The position numbers and the translations under genes are program-made. DNA of 64,000 nt from Tubulanus polymorphus (Eukaryota; Animalia; Nemertea): NCBI RefSeq assembly GCF_964204645.1, contig NC_134029.1:18284950-18348949 (forward strand), written 5' to 3'. The notes beneath the pieces are model-generated. The model was given only the letters and a program-made list of their open reading frames with translations. It did no database searches and was not told where the DNA came from. Shown piece by piece: positions 14,433-27,867 of this stretch; within the stretch, counting starts at the first letter, position 1; the number at the start of each line of letters is the position of its first letter.

Positions 14433-14836
14433 TGTAAATTACCTACATGCAGTGATTATATACGTGTAGATCATTTTTATCGTTATTATTTGCAAGTAAA
14501 ACATACTACTACACCACCATCTGTCAGATTATAGATCAAAGAATAGAAACAGCCGATGATGAACAATGACAATGAATATAAGATTGCAATACCCGGAATC
14601 TCTCGGCGAAATCTGATTACGCGCCAGCGATCGTGAGTAGAACGACAAAAAAGCGGTTTCCTCTTCACCATCGGTTTAAAGGTTTACCAAACAGTGACGC
14701 GCGTTAAGCGTAAGTGGCAGACACATCCACAGCATTAACTCCGGTGTGTGCGAACAATGAGAATAGAGGAAACGCCTTTATGAAATATTCATTCGTTTCA
14801 GCTTGATATCTGGTCACCTCTATCTATATGTATATA

Positions 14837-16588
14837 CAGTCAAAGCTCGTTATAACGCCAGCCCCGGGACTGTCAAAATTTTGGCGGTATAATGACCATC
14901 GAATGTGAGAGAAATAGTATACAAGACATAACTATTAACCAAATCTGGAGATTAGTTGATCTTAATTTAGGAAGGGCAAAGGTCTTAGCTCATTTCATTT
15001 AGATAATAGAAAAATATGATACAGTAGAGATGTGTGATACTGCCAAACACAATAGATGAGAAACATCTTTGACGAAAGATCATCGGCGGTATAAAAATTC
15101 AATTCAATTCAATGACTTAACTGTTCCTTGTTACATAACATCATCGGTCGAAAAAAATACAATAAAGCGATACACAGAAGACAAACATAAACAAGAAAAT
15201 TAACTTTAATAAATTATTTGACGCCTGCGAAAAAATGTAGAATTTCTGGGATAAGCTAATGTGGAATTGCAAATTTGAAATCGAAGTTTTAAGAAATTTG
15301 GGGAATTATGAGATTTGGCGATGATACAGTCTTCGACTGGTCTAATTAAAAAAAATTGTCAACTTGTGACCGACTTCGATTCACTTTTGCTCTAAGCTGG
15401 TCTGAAACTTCATTGCCTCCATGGTTGAAGAAAGAGCTCTTCTGATGTCTGCTTCATCATGACTTCGAGCATATCGTGTAGCCAGCCGGCCCGGTCCCGG
15501 GGCCCGGTTTGGCTGTCACTCGATATCCTAGACTTGAGTCTGGGTTGAAGTAGACATCGTCATTTAAATAACTTATTCATGTTATTCTGTATGAATTACC
15601 CATGTGTCTTGTATTTTGTATTTTCTTATTCTAAAATTTGTAACTTTATTGAATTTGGGAATTTCATCCCGGAATTTCAATGAAATAAGGATCAATAAAG
15701 TATTGAATTGAATTGTCACCTTATACACATGCCATCAGTGGACGCGGAGCCGTATATGACAGCTATGCTATTATAGATTGCTAATTTCATGAAACCTGCA
15801 TACCCCTAATATCGAACATATTTTCTAAAACATTTGAATATTGAAATTATTTGTTTACACGTTTTTATATAGACCGCTTGTAGCCGCTGATGAAATTCAT
15901 GCCGGCCCTACTCAGATCGTAGATAGCTTCGTCATTCCACTAGCATCCCCATGTCAGGGTCTGACTTTTATATCAGACTTCCAAATCGTGTATACATCCG
16001 CCATTTAACCGAATAATCCGATTTACTTGTCATTTCTATTTATGCCTGCCGCTCCTGATATAATCATACATCCTTTACTATTACAATACCTCTTATCATG
16101 ATATTCAATGCAATATAACATTTCGACGTTCAAATAGAGGTCATTATATAATCACAGGGAGCCATTCTACATCTTTATCAATAATATTTTGCCAAATAGC
16201 TTGTATGTGTACACATAAACCTGTGACGTTTTGCACATCGATTTACGGTTGTCGTTTGTAAAATGACGCTGAATGGTTAACATTGTTTAAGTTTCATAAT
16301 GGTAACGTTTTATAAGGCGTCAAAAAAGTGTAATACAACACACACACACACACACACAAAAAACAAACAAAAACATGCACAAAAAGAGACCGGTAGCCCA
16401 TTACAGGGTATATACAACAAATGTTTTCTCTATGAGTTTGAATAGGACTGTTCCAGTATTTCGTTGGCATTATGGCGGAGGGTGAGAGGTATAACGAGAG
16501 CTATTTACTAGATACACATAGATATGAGATTCTTGGCAATAGGTAGATTTGGTGGTATTACGGATGGTGGTATAACGAGCTTTGACTG
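14837..16588. mobile_element. Tc1/mariner (pogo-like) non-autonomous element, 1.75 kb
   Basis: ta|cagtcaaagctcgttata ... tataacgagctttgactg|ta: 18-bp perfect TIR with TA on both sides; no transposase ORF. Confidence 0.75.
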
Positions 16589-16594
16589 TATATA

Positions 16595-16755
16595 CAGTAA
16601 ACCTCACCTTAGACAAACTGGGACCGGCTGAAATTGGTCTGAGATAAGCGAAGTCAGATTTAAGATTTGAAAATACGCTTAAGTCAGAAAAATGTTTTTG
16701 TCCGATTTAGTTGAAAGTTCGAGTTGGCCATATCCGAGAAAGGTGAAATTAACTG
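16595..16755. mobile_element. pogo-like MITE abutting the previous element
   Basis: ta|cagtaaacctcacctt ... aaggtgaaattaactg|ta. Confidence 0.6.
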
Positions 16756-18289
16756 TATAGCAAATCGTAGGTTGAATTTAATAGATGAATAACTACATCA
16801 TTTCTCAATTCATTTTCGAAAGTCTTTTAACAAACATCATTGATTTCTATGAGGTTTATATATAGGATAATAGGTTAGGGATATTTTTTCCATTATTGAA
16901 CATTTCGTATCCGATCTATATATTCTCTGACAAAGAACAAAGGTTGTTTTCATGTATACCCGCGTGTTTTCTATTGTAAGTCATGCACGCCAGGACGCCC
17001 GGACAAAAATACAACCACAACAAAACACCAGCTTGTACCGACGACAGTAAAGCCGAATGATGAATTTGTAAACAGATATCCCGAAGCATTTGTGTAATCA
17101 TTATTCGAACTATCGCAGAGTCGTTTTCATTTCAAATGCAAATCAAAAGCGTCTGTGAAAGTTGTTCCCCGTATAATACTTAGTATCAAATAACAATACG
17201 TACGATGTAACATGTGTGTGACCATCGAGCGCAAACCGTTCGTTGTTCGTCGCTGGGAGTTTTGAATTTCAATTTGTCTTTGTGTTCGTTTCCCATAATA
17301 TGAATAACTAGGGTGGAGTAGTCATAAAATTGGTGATGTCATCGAATACGAAGAACTATTCGAACGATTCAGAGAGATTTAAACGTCCCAAGCTCGGCGT
17401 GTTTGGTGAAATATTTTTCTGACTCTATGTATGAACCCTGATATCGATTCAACAAAAATCCGGCACAAGTTTATGTTCATCCACACGACCGAGTACACGC
17501 ACAGCTGACTTGTTGACTGGACCGACTGGATAACAGGCCGAACGGCCAATGGATGACTGGATGAATGGCTGAGTGGATGTCCCTACCATCTTCAGCATCA
17601 CCCCCATCATGGCCATACCCATTGTAATACCCATTATAATTGTAGCTATACCCAGGGAGGTGGGAGTGCTTCCTGCTATACCCGAGAATGGGAGCCCACG
17701 ACATACTCTATCTCCCTATAGCTTGTGGATACTGGATGACCCTACCATCTTCAGCATCACCCCCATCATGGCTATCATCCCCATCTGCACCATCACCGCA
17801 ATCTCCATCTTCATGACTATAAATTCCAGTCATCCAGTATACCATAACACCCGTGTACAGTCAATGGGTTTTCAAATCATGTCAAATGAAGAACTGAATC
17901 AATACCAACGTACCCTTGCACTATTACCCCATATTCTATACTTGGGCCAAAAAAATCCAATATAATTTTCTAACAGAGGAAATGAGCTTCCAGTTACCTA
18001 CAATCTATACAGTGGTTTTTCACGTGATGTTATGGAATTTCATATCAAGCGTAAAGGCAGGCTTAGGTCAACTAGCTACGTGATCAGTTTCAACCAGTCA
18101 CAAATCAGTGCTTAGCTTGACTGCTACGTGACAGGGAGACATGTTCACATCGCAGAGTTAAACATGTGTGACTCCTTCCGACTAGTAACAATGGGTCGAC
18201 AGGTCTTTGCTGCAACCTGATTGTCACTAGCAGTTCCTGAGACTTGCGCAGCAATAGCAGCGATCGCATGGAGATGACTTGACTGGCGC

Positions 18290-18585
18290 CAAATTGGCAC
18301 GAATCAGACCCGAGTCAAAGTTGGCCCGTGTTTAATTAGAGAATGGTTACACGTAAACCACTCACTCGATACTAAACAATGCTCGAACGAAGCGAAGTAA
18401 TCACTTCTGGATCTAATTGCAATTCAAACGCAATAATGTTAAAATGTGGCCCGGGCCTGGCCTGATATTTTGATCAGGCCACATTTCGCCCAGGCCAAAC
18501 AGGCATTGGCTCATTTGGCAACCATTTGTGAATAGTTGTACCAGTCTAATTTAACGAAGGTCAAAATGCTCATGTGATTGCTGCA
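18290..18585 (+). mobile_element. MITE 'agccgcgatcacac' family, 5'-truncated copy
   Basis: cactcgatactaaacaatgctc...ttgcaattcaaacgcaat core. Confidence 0.75.
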
Positions 18586-19065
18586 AATGAGTCATGGTTG
18601 ACCTACGCCCGGAACTGATGTAAAAAGTTAAAGTTGAACGCCTCGTGTGAACAGTTCTGCCAAGAACCAGCAGTAACTAGACCAGGAAATATCCCATCAG
18701 TCAAACTAACTGCCAGGGCGAATTCCGATTTTAGATTGTAGCGTTCTTCAACGTCGTCAGTTAAAGGCCACCGCTGCCGATGATGACTCCTCTCGGTTTT
18801 TGCTAACAGCGAATACAAACCACCGACAAATGCAATTATCAAGAGAGAGAGAGTTTGCCGGAAGACGGAATTTGAAATTGTGAGAACGAATGAACGGCGT
18901 ATGTGTCAGTTTTATCCCAGTCAATAATGCTCATACCTCGAGGGTAATCATTCGGCCATTTTTGCGTTTAGACGGCACAGACACGAAATTGCGTAAATTA
19001 TGCCGAAAATGCAGCCACGAATGCAAATTGTATTAGAGCAACACTGATTCGTAAGTAACATGTAC

Positions 19066-20393
19066 AAACATGATCCATGAGGATCTTTCGGAGCATCAAA
19101 CATGATACATGAGGATCTTTCAGAATAATCAGACACGATAAATGAGGATCTTTCAGAGAATAAAACATGATACATGAGGATCTTTAAGAGAATAAAACAT
19201 GATACATGAGGATCATTCAGAGAATAAAACATGAAACATGAGGATCTTTCAGAGTAATCAAACATGATAAATGAGGATCTTTCAGAGAATAAAACATGAT
19301 ACAAGAGGATCTTTCAGAAAATAAAACATGATACATGATCTTTCAGAGAATAAAACATGATACATGAGGATCTTTCAGAGAATCAAACATGATACATGAG
19401 GATCTTTCAGAGAATAAAACATGATACATGAGGATCTTTCAGAGAATCAAACATGATACATGAGGATCTTTCAGAGAATCAAACATGATACATGAGGATC
19501 TTTCAGAGTAATCAAACATGATAAATGAGGATCTTTCAGAGAATAAAACATGATACAAGAGGATCTTTCATAGAATAAAACATGATGCATGAGGATCTTT
19601 CAGAGAATAAAACATGATGCATGAGGATCTTTCAGAGAATAAAACATGATACATGAGGATCTTTCAGAGAATAAAACATGATACAAGAGGATCTTTCATA
19701 GAATAAAACATGATGCATGAGGATCTTTCAGAGAATAAAACATGATGCATGAGGATCTTTCAGAGAATAAAACATGATACAAGAGGATCTTTCATAGAAT
19801 AAAACATGATACATGAGGATCTTTCAGAGAATAAAACATGATACAAGAGGATCTTTCATAGAATAAAACATGATGCATGAGGATCTTTCAGAGAATAAAA
19901 CATGATACAAGAGGATCTTTCAGAGAATAAAACATGATACAAGAGGATCTTTCAGAGAATAAAACATGATGCATGATCTTTCAGAGAATAAAACATGATA
20001 CAAGAGGATCTTTCATAGAATAAAACATGATGCATGAGGATCTTTCAGAGAATAAAACATGATACATGAGGATCTTTCAGAGAATAAAACATGATACATG
20101 AGGATCTTTCAGAGAATAAAACATGATACAAGAGGATCTTTCAGAGAATCAAACACGATAAATGAGGATCTCGTAAAGAATAAAACATGATACATGAGGA
20201 TCATTCAGAGTAATCAAACACGATAAATGAGGATCTTTTTTGAGTATCAAACACAATACATGAGGATGTTTCAGAGAATCAAACATGATACATGAGCAAA
20301 CATGATACATGAGCATCTTTCAGAGTATCAAATCAAACACAATACATGAGGATCTTTCAGAGTATCAGACATGATACATGAGCATCTTTCAGA
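19066..20393. repeat. Minisatellite, 32-bp unit, about 40 copies
   Basis: Tandem gaataaaacatgatacatgaggatctttcaga with no spacers. Confidence 0.97.
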
Positions 20394-20581
20394 TTACAGG
20401 GCCGTGATCACACAGAGAAGATTTTGGCTCGAATCAGGCCTGAGTCAAATTTGGACCATCATAAAACATGATAAGAAAAACTGTTAATTTTTCTAAATAT
20501 ATTTCTCAATCAGAAGTTTTTGTGACCTTTTTTGTCAGAGAATATAATGTCTGATTCTTTGGCTTAGTGTTTTTGTGCTGT

Positions 20582-20668
20582 AGCCGCGTTCACGCTACAT
20601 TAGTTAGAACAGTCTAAATTTGGCCTGTTCCTATTGGGAGTCTAAATAGTCGTAGTGTGAACACGGCT
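20582..20668. mobile_element. Mini-MITE with agccgcgttcac TIR
   Basis: agccgcgttcacgctac ... gtagtgtgaacacggct. Confidence 0.6.
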
Positions 20669-20739
20669 TATAAGATGGACCCTGGTTAATTGAAGACAAA
20701 CTTATTAACTCACTACTGCCGACGTCGCATTCACACATG

Positions 20740-20991
20740 AGCCGCAATCACACAAGCATTTTTGGCCCGATCAAAAACGGCCGAGCCGAATTTTAGCACC
20801 AGACAAATGATTGCGTTTGAATTGCAACTGGCACCGAGAATGATCCACTTCGCTTTGTTTGAGCATTGTTTAGTATCGAGTGAATGGTTAGCGTGAAAAC
20901 GCGCTCTCTAATTAGGCACGGGCCAGATTTGGCCCGAGCCTGATCCGTGCTAATTTGGCCCGGGCCGAATCGTCTCCGTGTGATCGCGGCT
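20740..20991 (-). mobile_element. MITE family 'agccgcgatcacac' (possibly PIF/Harbinger-like)
   Basis: TIR agccgc(g/a)atcacac / gtgtgatcgcggct; internal gcattgtttagtatcgagtg and tttggcccgggcc motifs. Confidence 0.85.
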
Positions 20992-22214
20992 ATGATCTGT
21001 TTATCAGAAAATAAAGATCGATTTACATTTACCGAATCAGGAGTGATTACATAAAAAAGAATAATCAATCTCATGCTTTATAAGAAAATTTTATGATAAT
21101 TTTCAAATAATTTTATGATCATTTTCGCATCTAAATATAAGACCGACTGCTCGACTGAACAAACCGCACGCTTATCGATCAGTAATCGATAACGCAATCG
21201 ACTGATCGCGCGTCTGACATGTAGTATATAGCTGAAGTGTAATTGAGTTCTATGCGATTAGTTAAACAGCTTGTTTCCGATGAATAGCCAGCGACCGCCC
21301 CCTCCGAATCTCGCCGCCGCCGAAACAAATCCGTTGTTGATTAAATCAAATTTCTATTTTGTCGACTAAAATCGATTCGAGTTGCGAAACACGACGACCG
21401 AGAGAAGAACTGTCAATAACGTAATAGGTTTCCACGGTGATTTATTAGTCAGATGTAAACCGCTTCATCGTGCGTCTTACGGTGAACAGTACGAGAGAGC
21501 GCCGAGGCTCCGATGTCTCTCTTCAAGCCACACGTCGTTCGTTTTTCGATTGAAATTTTTTAAGCGATGAATTCCCGAACAGCCGTAATTAAATAACTCA
21601 CGCACACCACCGAAAGAGATATAAACCACCACCACCACCGATGAACAACGCGGATTAGTTTACCTCGTATACAAACAACGCACGCCCGATGTAAAAAAGG
21701 CGGCTTTCGTCGAAACGCGAGAAAAAAACCCGTCTGCTAATGGAATATTCATCAAATTATGATTAAATCATCGATCACAGCCAACGATGACGACGTTCTG
21801 AAATTCCATCCATCGACGAATTGTCGTCGTACAAATCCGATTTCAATTTCTTCTACTTCGAAAATCGATAATTAAAACGCGACTTTCGCGGTTGATCAGT
21901 TGGGCGTCGTTGAGGAAAAAAGCGAAAGAAAAGAATAAACCCACCAGCAGCAATTTTTCTAATTAGATGTTTCGTTGTTTATCAATCGATTTTGCTGTAC
22001 AGTGAAGATTAGCCGGATTTACCACCAGGTATTTACAACGTGCGAAATCAGGCGCGCAACTTGATCCCGGTAAACATCTCGTACGAATCGATGTAAGGAT
22101 CCTTCGAGTAATCAATCATTTTGAAATGAATCAATTCCAAGAATGAACCATACTCTCCAAACTCAATGACGATGAAAAATTTGGCATGATTTGCCTCGTT
22201 CTTAGATAGTAGAC

Positions 22215-22421
22215 CCGCGGCAAATGTTCACACAGTTGTGGCGCACTAGCGCCTAATGGACCAAAAACGTTGGATCATGCCAGAGCTAAATTTGAGCACG
22301 GGTCAAATGATGGCGTTTGAATTGCAAAAGGTTCCGGAAGTGACTCACTTTTGCTTTGTTGAGTAAGGAGAGAGTGGTTCACTCTCTAATTTGACTCGAG
22401 CCTAATCCTGTGATCGCGGTT
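22215..22421 (-). mobile_element. MITE 'agccgcgatcacac' family, degenerate copy
   Basis: gcgtttgaattgcaa...ggaagtgactcactt...tgtgatcgcggt. Confidence 0.7.
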
Positions 22422-23577
22422 TAAGTTTTCTATGCCAATGGCACGGCTGCAAACTTTTGAAAAAGGCTACACGAACATCTTATTGAAATGAAATTGAAAA
22501 AATTATCAGTAATCGACAGTAAGATTCTCAGAAGCATGTTACGTATCATTTCTGTACGCATCAAACAAATCAAATCAGCATTTGTCGGGTCCAAATAATA
22601 ACAAAATCAGGAACAGTTGGCAGCAATATGATGGCAAAAATCTAGTCCACCCGGAGTAGATGGCTCTGAAGGGGCCGAATGATGATTTGCGAGGGGAAAA
22701 TTCACGACATGGCCCACAGATATAACTCAATCTCATGATGCCGATACCAAGAATTAATCCCCCATAAAGGGATGGCTCGGCTCGATGGAACGGTTACCGA
22801 GATCATTTACGAAGTGCATTCGAGTAAGCATATACAGTATCAAACGAACCCGGAAATGGTTCTATCAATTTGCGGTTATAAAATATTCAGCGACTAAACA
22901 AATCTATTCTTCATATTCACACGTTTCGCATTTCAAACTCAAAGCGAAAATTGAAAACCGCCGCAATCAAGCGATGAGAACTGAACTGATTACAGGTGGC
23001 GCCGCCAACAAGCCGTATATCTCCGAGGAAGCGTCGTCGTGGCTCGGTAATACCGCACGGTATTACGGCAGGAACAACGATTATTGGTCAATCTCGGGAA
23101 CTGTCAGACAGATAACAACCGAAACGCATTAAATCACACTCATACGCATATACAAGCAGCGGTAACCGACTCAGAATGATAAGGCAATAACGCTGTTAAA
23201 CATTGATTCGACCGAGTTCGAATTGCCCAATCAGTTGACAAGTGTCATTACGTACACGCGAAACTCGATTGCCAACAACTGGATATACTGTTCATATGTA
23301 TATCATGTGTGTGTATATATAAGTATTGACAAGCCTCAAGAAATATCAATAGAGTTAATGTTTTATTCATACCGTAATAATAATGCGTAAACATATCCTC
23401 TATACATCGCACTTAGAAGAAAAAAATATCGTTTCATGTATGTTATCATCAGATACGGAAGATTGAACAAATCTAGCGAAACTGAAAACAGTTAGAAAAA
23501 GAGAGCAGAAGAGAGCATGTTCCAAGAGCAGCTCGATTGAAAAAAGCATCATCACCTTTCTGGATTTATTCAATTAT

Positions 23578-23811
23578 AGCCGTGATCACACGGAGACGAG
23601 TTGGCTCGGTTCAAAATGGCATGGATCAGACCTGAGTCAAATTCGGTCCATGCCCATATTTAGAGAGCACGTTCAAACGTAAACATTTGATAATAAACAA
23701 TGTTTAAACAAAGCGAAGTGAGTCACTTCCAGAACCAGTTGCAATTCGACCCGCGCTAAAATTTGGTGCTAAAATTCGGCTCAGGCCAAAAATGCTCGTG
23801 TGATCGCGGCT
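23578..23811 (+). mobile_element. MITE 'agccgcgatcacac' family
   Basis: Both TIRs present. Confidence 0.85.
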
Positions 23812-26800
23812 TTCAAACACATGGCTGCACGGTACAAGCTTCCATCGTTATTGAGGACGGATGGCGAAAATTTCAGGGATATCGACTCTTTTTCAATACC
23901 TACCACGGAAGCTAGCACAATCAGGGACAGTAAACCGTTTGGCGAGGACGGATCCCTGATATTCAAGGATTGTGAAGGATAGCGTTGAAACAGGAAACCA
24001 ACCAAACATCGATTGAGCTCCAATGCCACATCCTTCATACATATCGAGGGGGAAGCACGCGAGCTACTATCATCTCATTGAATCAGTGCATAGAAATTCA
24101 TCTTTCCCGTTATTAATTCCGTAATGGTATTTTTGCCTATCGTGACTGCAAGTGTCTCATTTATTCCAGCGCTATTATTCTTCGACCGAAGCTGTCACGA
24201 TCTCGTGACGACGAACGCGCCATATGTCTATGATCGACGAAGCATAATTGAATACGCCGAGCACGTTTTCAACTGGTATACACTAAACTCGAGCCTTCAT
24301 TCCCGTTATCGAATTCAACTGTATCGTCTGTAGGACGACTATATTTAAATTGAAGCTAGATTTAGTCCGCGCGGACAATAGCAGGTGCGGATCTGGGAAA
24401 GTTGGAAGGCCGAGGTCCGGATGAAAAGAAAATGCATTTTACAGATAAAGCAGCCGTGCCATAAGCCGCGTTCACACTAGATTCGGCGCTTGTGAAGTAC
24501 CGTACTTCGCTGGTGCCGAATTCACCAAAATACGGCGCTTACATGGCCAGTTACGTTCGAGTCGGCAATTCGGCACTTAAGTAAGTCCTGTATAGTAGTC
24601 TACCGATCAAATTTTTAACAATTGTTGTCTCGATGAAAAGGGCAACTTCAATTCGAAGTCTGAGGTCCCCTAAACCTGCCCCTGAATAGACCAACCTATC
24701 AGGTACAGGCAGGTATGTTCCCGAAATGCAGAATTTGTTTAATGATTGGTCTATTCAGTCGTGTCCAGGTCATCATCTCTACGATGTGATGGAACCAGAA
24801 GCAACTGGATTTCGAGCGACTGATAATGATTTTCAGCCACCAGCCACCAGATTAGGTGTAGTCACGGTGACATGAACTCATATACTGACTGCGAGGAGCC
24901 AATTCAACTAAGTTCTGCGCTAGTCAAACTTTAAGTTAAAACTAGTAAAACTGTGTAACCGAGTTTAGCCACTGATTTTTATACCTTGTAATTAGTAACC
25001 TCACACTGGTTAGTTACTAGTTGTGACTGCAGTTAGCGATCATCATGACCTGACCCGACGACAGCACAGCAGTCACTAGTAATCATCAGTCATACCAGCC
25101 TGAGCGCAAACGTCCCTCATGGTTTTGTCCCATCGTATAGGATGACCTGAACCCAGTAAACAGCCTTAAAGTGCATAGCAGCATGGGCAGATCTAGGATT
25201 CTTCGAAAGAGGGCGGACCTGAAAATTGGAAAAGGCCAGATTTGGTAATGCAGGGCTTCAAACGCTAACATGCGTGGGGGTTCTGGTGGCCCTCTCACAG
25301 AAAATTCAGGAAAAAAATGGGTATTTCTGGCCTTTATCACGACCCATTTGGATTAGTTTTTTTTTTAAACTTTATTAGCAAGAGAAATTTCCAGGCTTTT
25401 TAAGATGCCCATTTGAATTTCGAAGGGGATTGAGTAGTCTGGTGTATCAAATATTTTTGGTGGTGTATTGTATATGAATGCACAAATGACTGTAGTTCGA
25501 AATCAGTTTAGTGTCACTGGATCTAAAGGCAATCAGAACAAAATAGAATTTCTTTGACAATTGAACTTTGTTCAAGAATCGACTATTTTGAAATCTTACT
25601 TAAAAACGAAGCCGATCCCCATCAATAACAGCTAGATCACACAACTATATCTGTACTTCGATTTCCTATTTCAAAATCCAACCCCCTGTTTCACTCCCAG
25701 CAGGTGTGGTGGGTCTGTAAGGACTACTCAATCAAAAAATCAAATGAAATTTACCAACCAAATAAAAGACAGGTACAATCCCTACTTTTAAGATCAAAAA
25801 TATCATTCCTATTGACATCTTCCGGTGAAAACTAAATGCATTACAAGCGTATCGAGAATGACAATTTCTCTACCCAGGCACTCGGTCATCGTAGAAGTCT
25901 CAGGCGAATTGTCCGGGAAAACTAGTTCCGACAGTGTCCAGCTTTTGCTCGACATATGCAAAGAACGAACGAGAGCCGAGGACGGTTTCGTTTCGAAGCA
26001 GCGGAGTGACTCACAAAGCTGCCGGTAATTAACGACGGATCGTCGGGCGGTATTATTGATTTCCTTTCTTGCAAACGAACTACAGATGGCTTTTAGCCGT
26101 CAGTTTCCGTGATAGAGCCTGACAAGAGAAATTACTCGCTTGGCTCGTCGTCGTCGTTCGGCAAAAACGACGAAACAAGACTGATGACGAGAAAGCGTTC
26201 ATTATGCATTGGCCTAAAACCAATGTCAAACGAGGAGCAAACAGAATACGAAAGAAAGGTCAATAGGTTCTTCATGCGAATACTAATGTAGGAAGAAATC
26301 GGCTGAATATTTTTCAGTTGCTTTCATTCAATCGTTTTCTTTTTTAATTTTTATTCCCAATTTCAATTATTACCATTGTTGTTATTGTTATCGTTTTTTT
26401 CCTCTCAACGTTCCCTCAATCTTTCTATTATTTATGTATCTATATGTAAATAATACTGTACATGACTTGACTATTTTTTGGTTAACAACTATAATTATGG
26501 TGTTGCTATTAATATACATTGTACCTAGGCAAACCTTTAAGATAATAATTCTTTGTCAAATTAAGTCACATATATTAAAAAATATAAAAAAATTCAGTTG
26601 CTTGAAGTAATCATCTTTAGTCAAGGAAGTTGAAGCAAAGCGTATAAGCCAGGTGCTGCTTTCGAGTGGGTTTAGATAGATTTGAACTGGCGCTTAACAA
26701 AGAGAGAGAGAGAGGGGAATGAGAAGTGAAAGAGAGAGTACCTGCGCAAGTTATGATAGACATATCACAAACATATCCATTGAACACAGTTTTATTTATA

Positions 26801-27787
26801 GGTGAACATCGAGCTGGAATATCTCAATGATTACTGTGGTAGAGAGAAACCACGAATATTATGTGGAGTAGAGTAGATCAGTACCATGCTCCTTAATAAA
26901 CAGTTTCTCTCATCCGAACAGTGTCTGGCATTGAATTTTGTATAGTATAATATATTCATTTTTCATAATCCATACATACAATGTTATATTTGGATAGATT
27001 TTAAGTGCACTATATGGTTATGAAGGATCCAGCTGGCTGTACTTAGAATTAAGGCACTGGACCCTGTGCATGGTGCACACGGGTGCAATCGAATTTTGAA
27101 TTGAAATATCAGTGGCGCTATCTAACCAAAATCTATCGACCAAATTTGTTCAAGTTTCCCTTTCACGGTTTTTCCGCCTCATCTGATAATGACAAGTTCT
27201 TTCTTTTATCTACTCCCACACATTTCTCCCCGATCCTCTTAAGCTCTCTCGCCGCGTTCAATATTTCACACTAAAACATAGATGAATAGTCAATGTTTTT
27301 CAACGAACGATTAATTTCATTGCGTGCGAGAGTTTACGATCATCGTCGTCGTCGTACCGCCGGTCGATTCTCATTGGTTACCGTTCTTCGAGCTCGTCTC
27401 TACTCGGAGATCGATAAAACTTATCCATCCGTCCGTCTGTCCGACATTGAAAGCTTCTTCCGCGTTAAATTATTCAACCGCCGAACAAAGATTGTCCGAC
27501 AACGGACGACGACGCGCGATGTAACAAAGCCCCGACGCCCGGATCGGTTTAAGTCAATTGTTATCAATTATAGCAAATTTAATTCCGTACACTCGTCGTC
27601 GCCGCGGCACGGCAGACGTGACTAATCTACCAATCAGATTTACGCGTTTGTCTCCCCGCCGGTGAACACATGTAAATGAAGCCGCACCGCTAGCGGGGAT
27701 GACAAACGCTTCAACGCATGGCGGCTTTGTTCCGAGAAGAATAGCCACAAATGACACCTGATTATAAATGTTCGACTGACTAGTTTA

Positions 27788-27789
27788 TC

Positions 27790-27864
<75 letters not shown>
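27788..27864. repeat. (CT)n microsatellite
   Basis: Directly visible in the sequence. Confidence 0.97.

Positions 27865-27867
<3 letters not shown>

Noticed and set aside
19066-20393. CRISPR-like array of 32-bp repeats
   Set aside because: Units are head-to-tail with no unique spacers, the context is eukaryotic and there are no cas genes.
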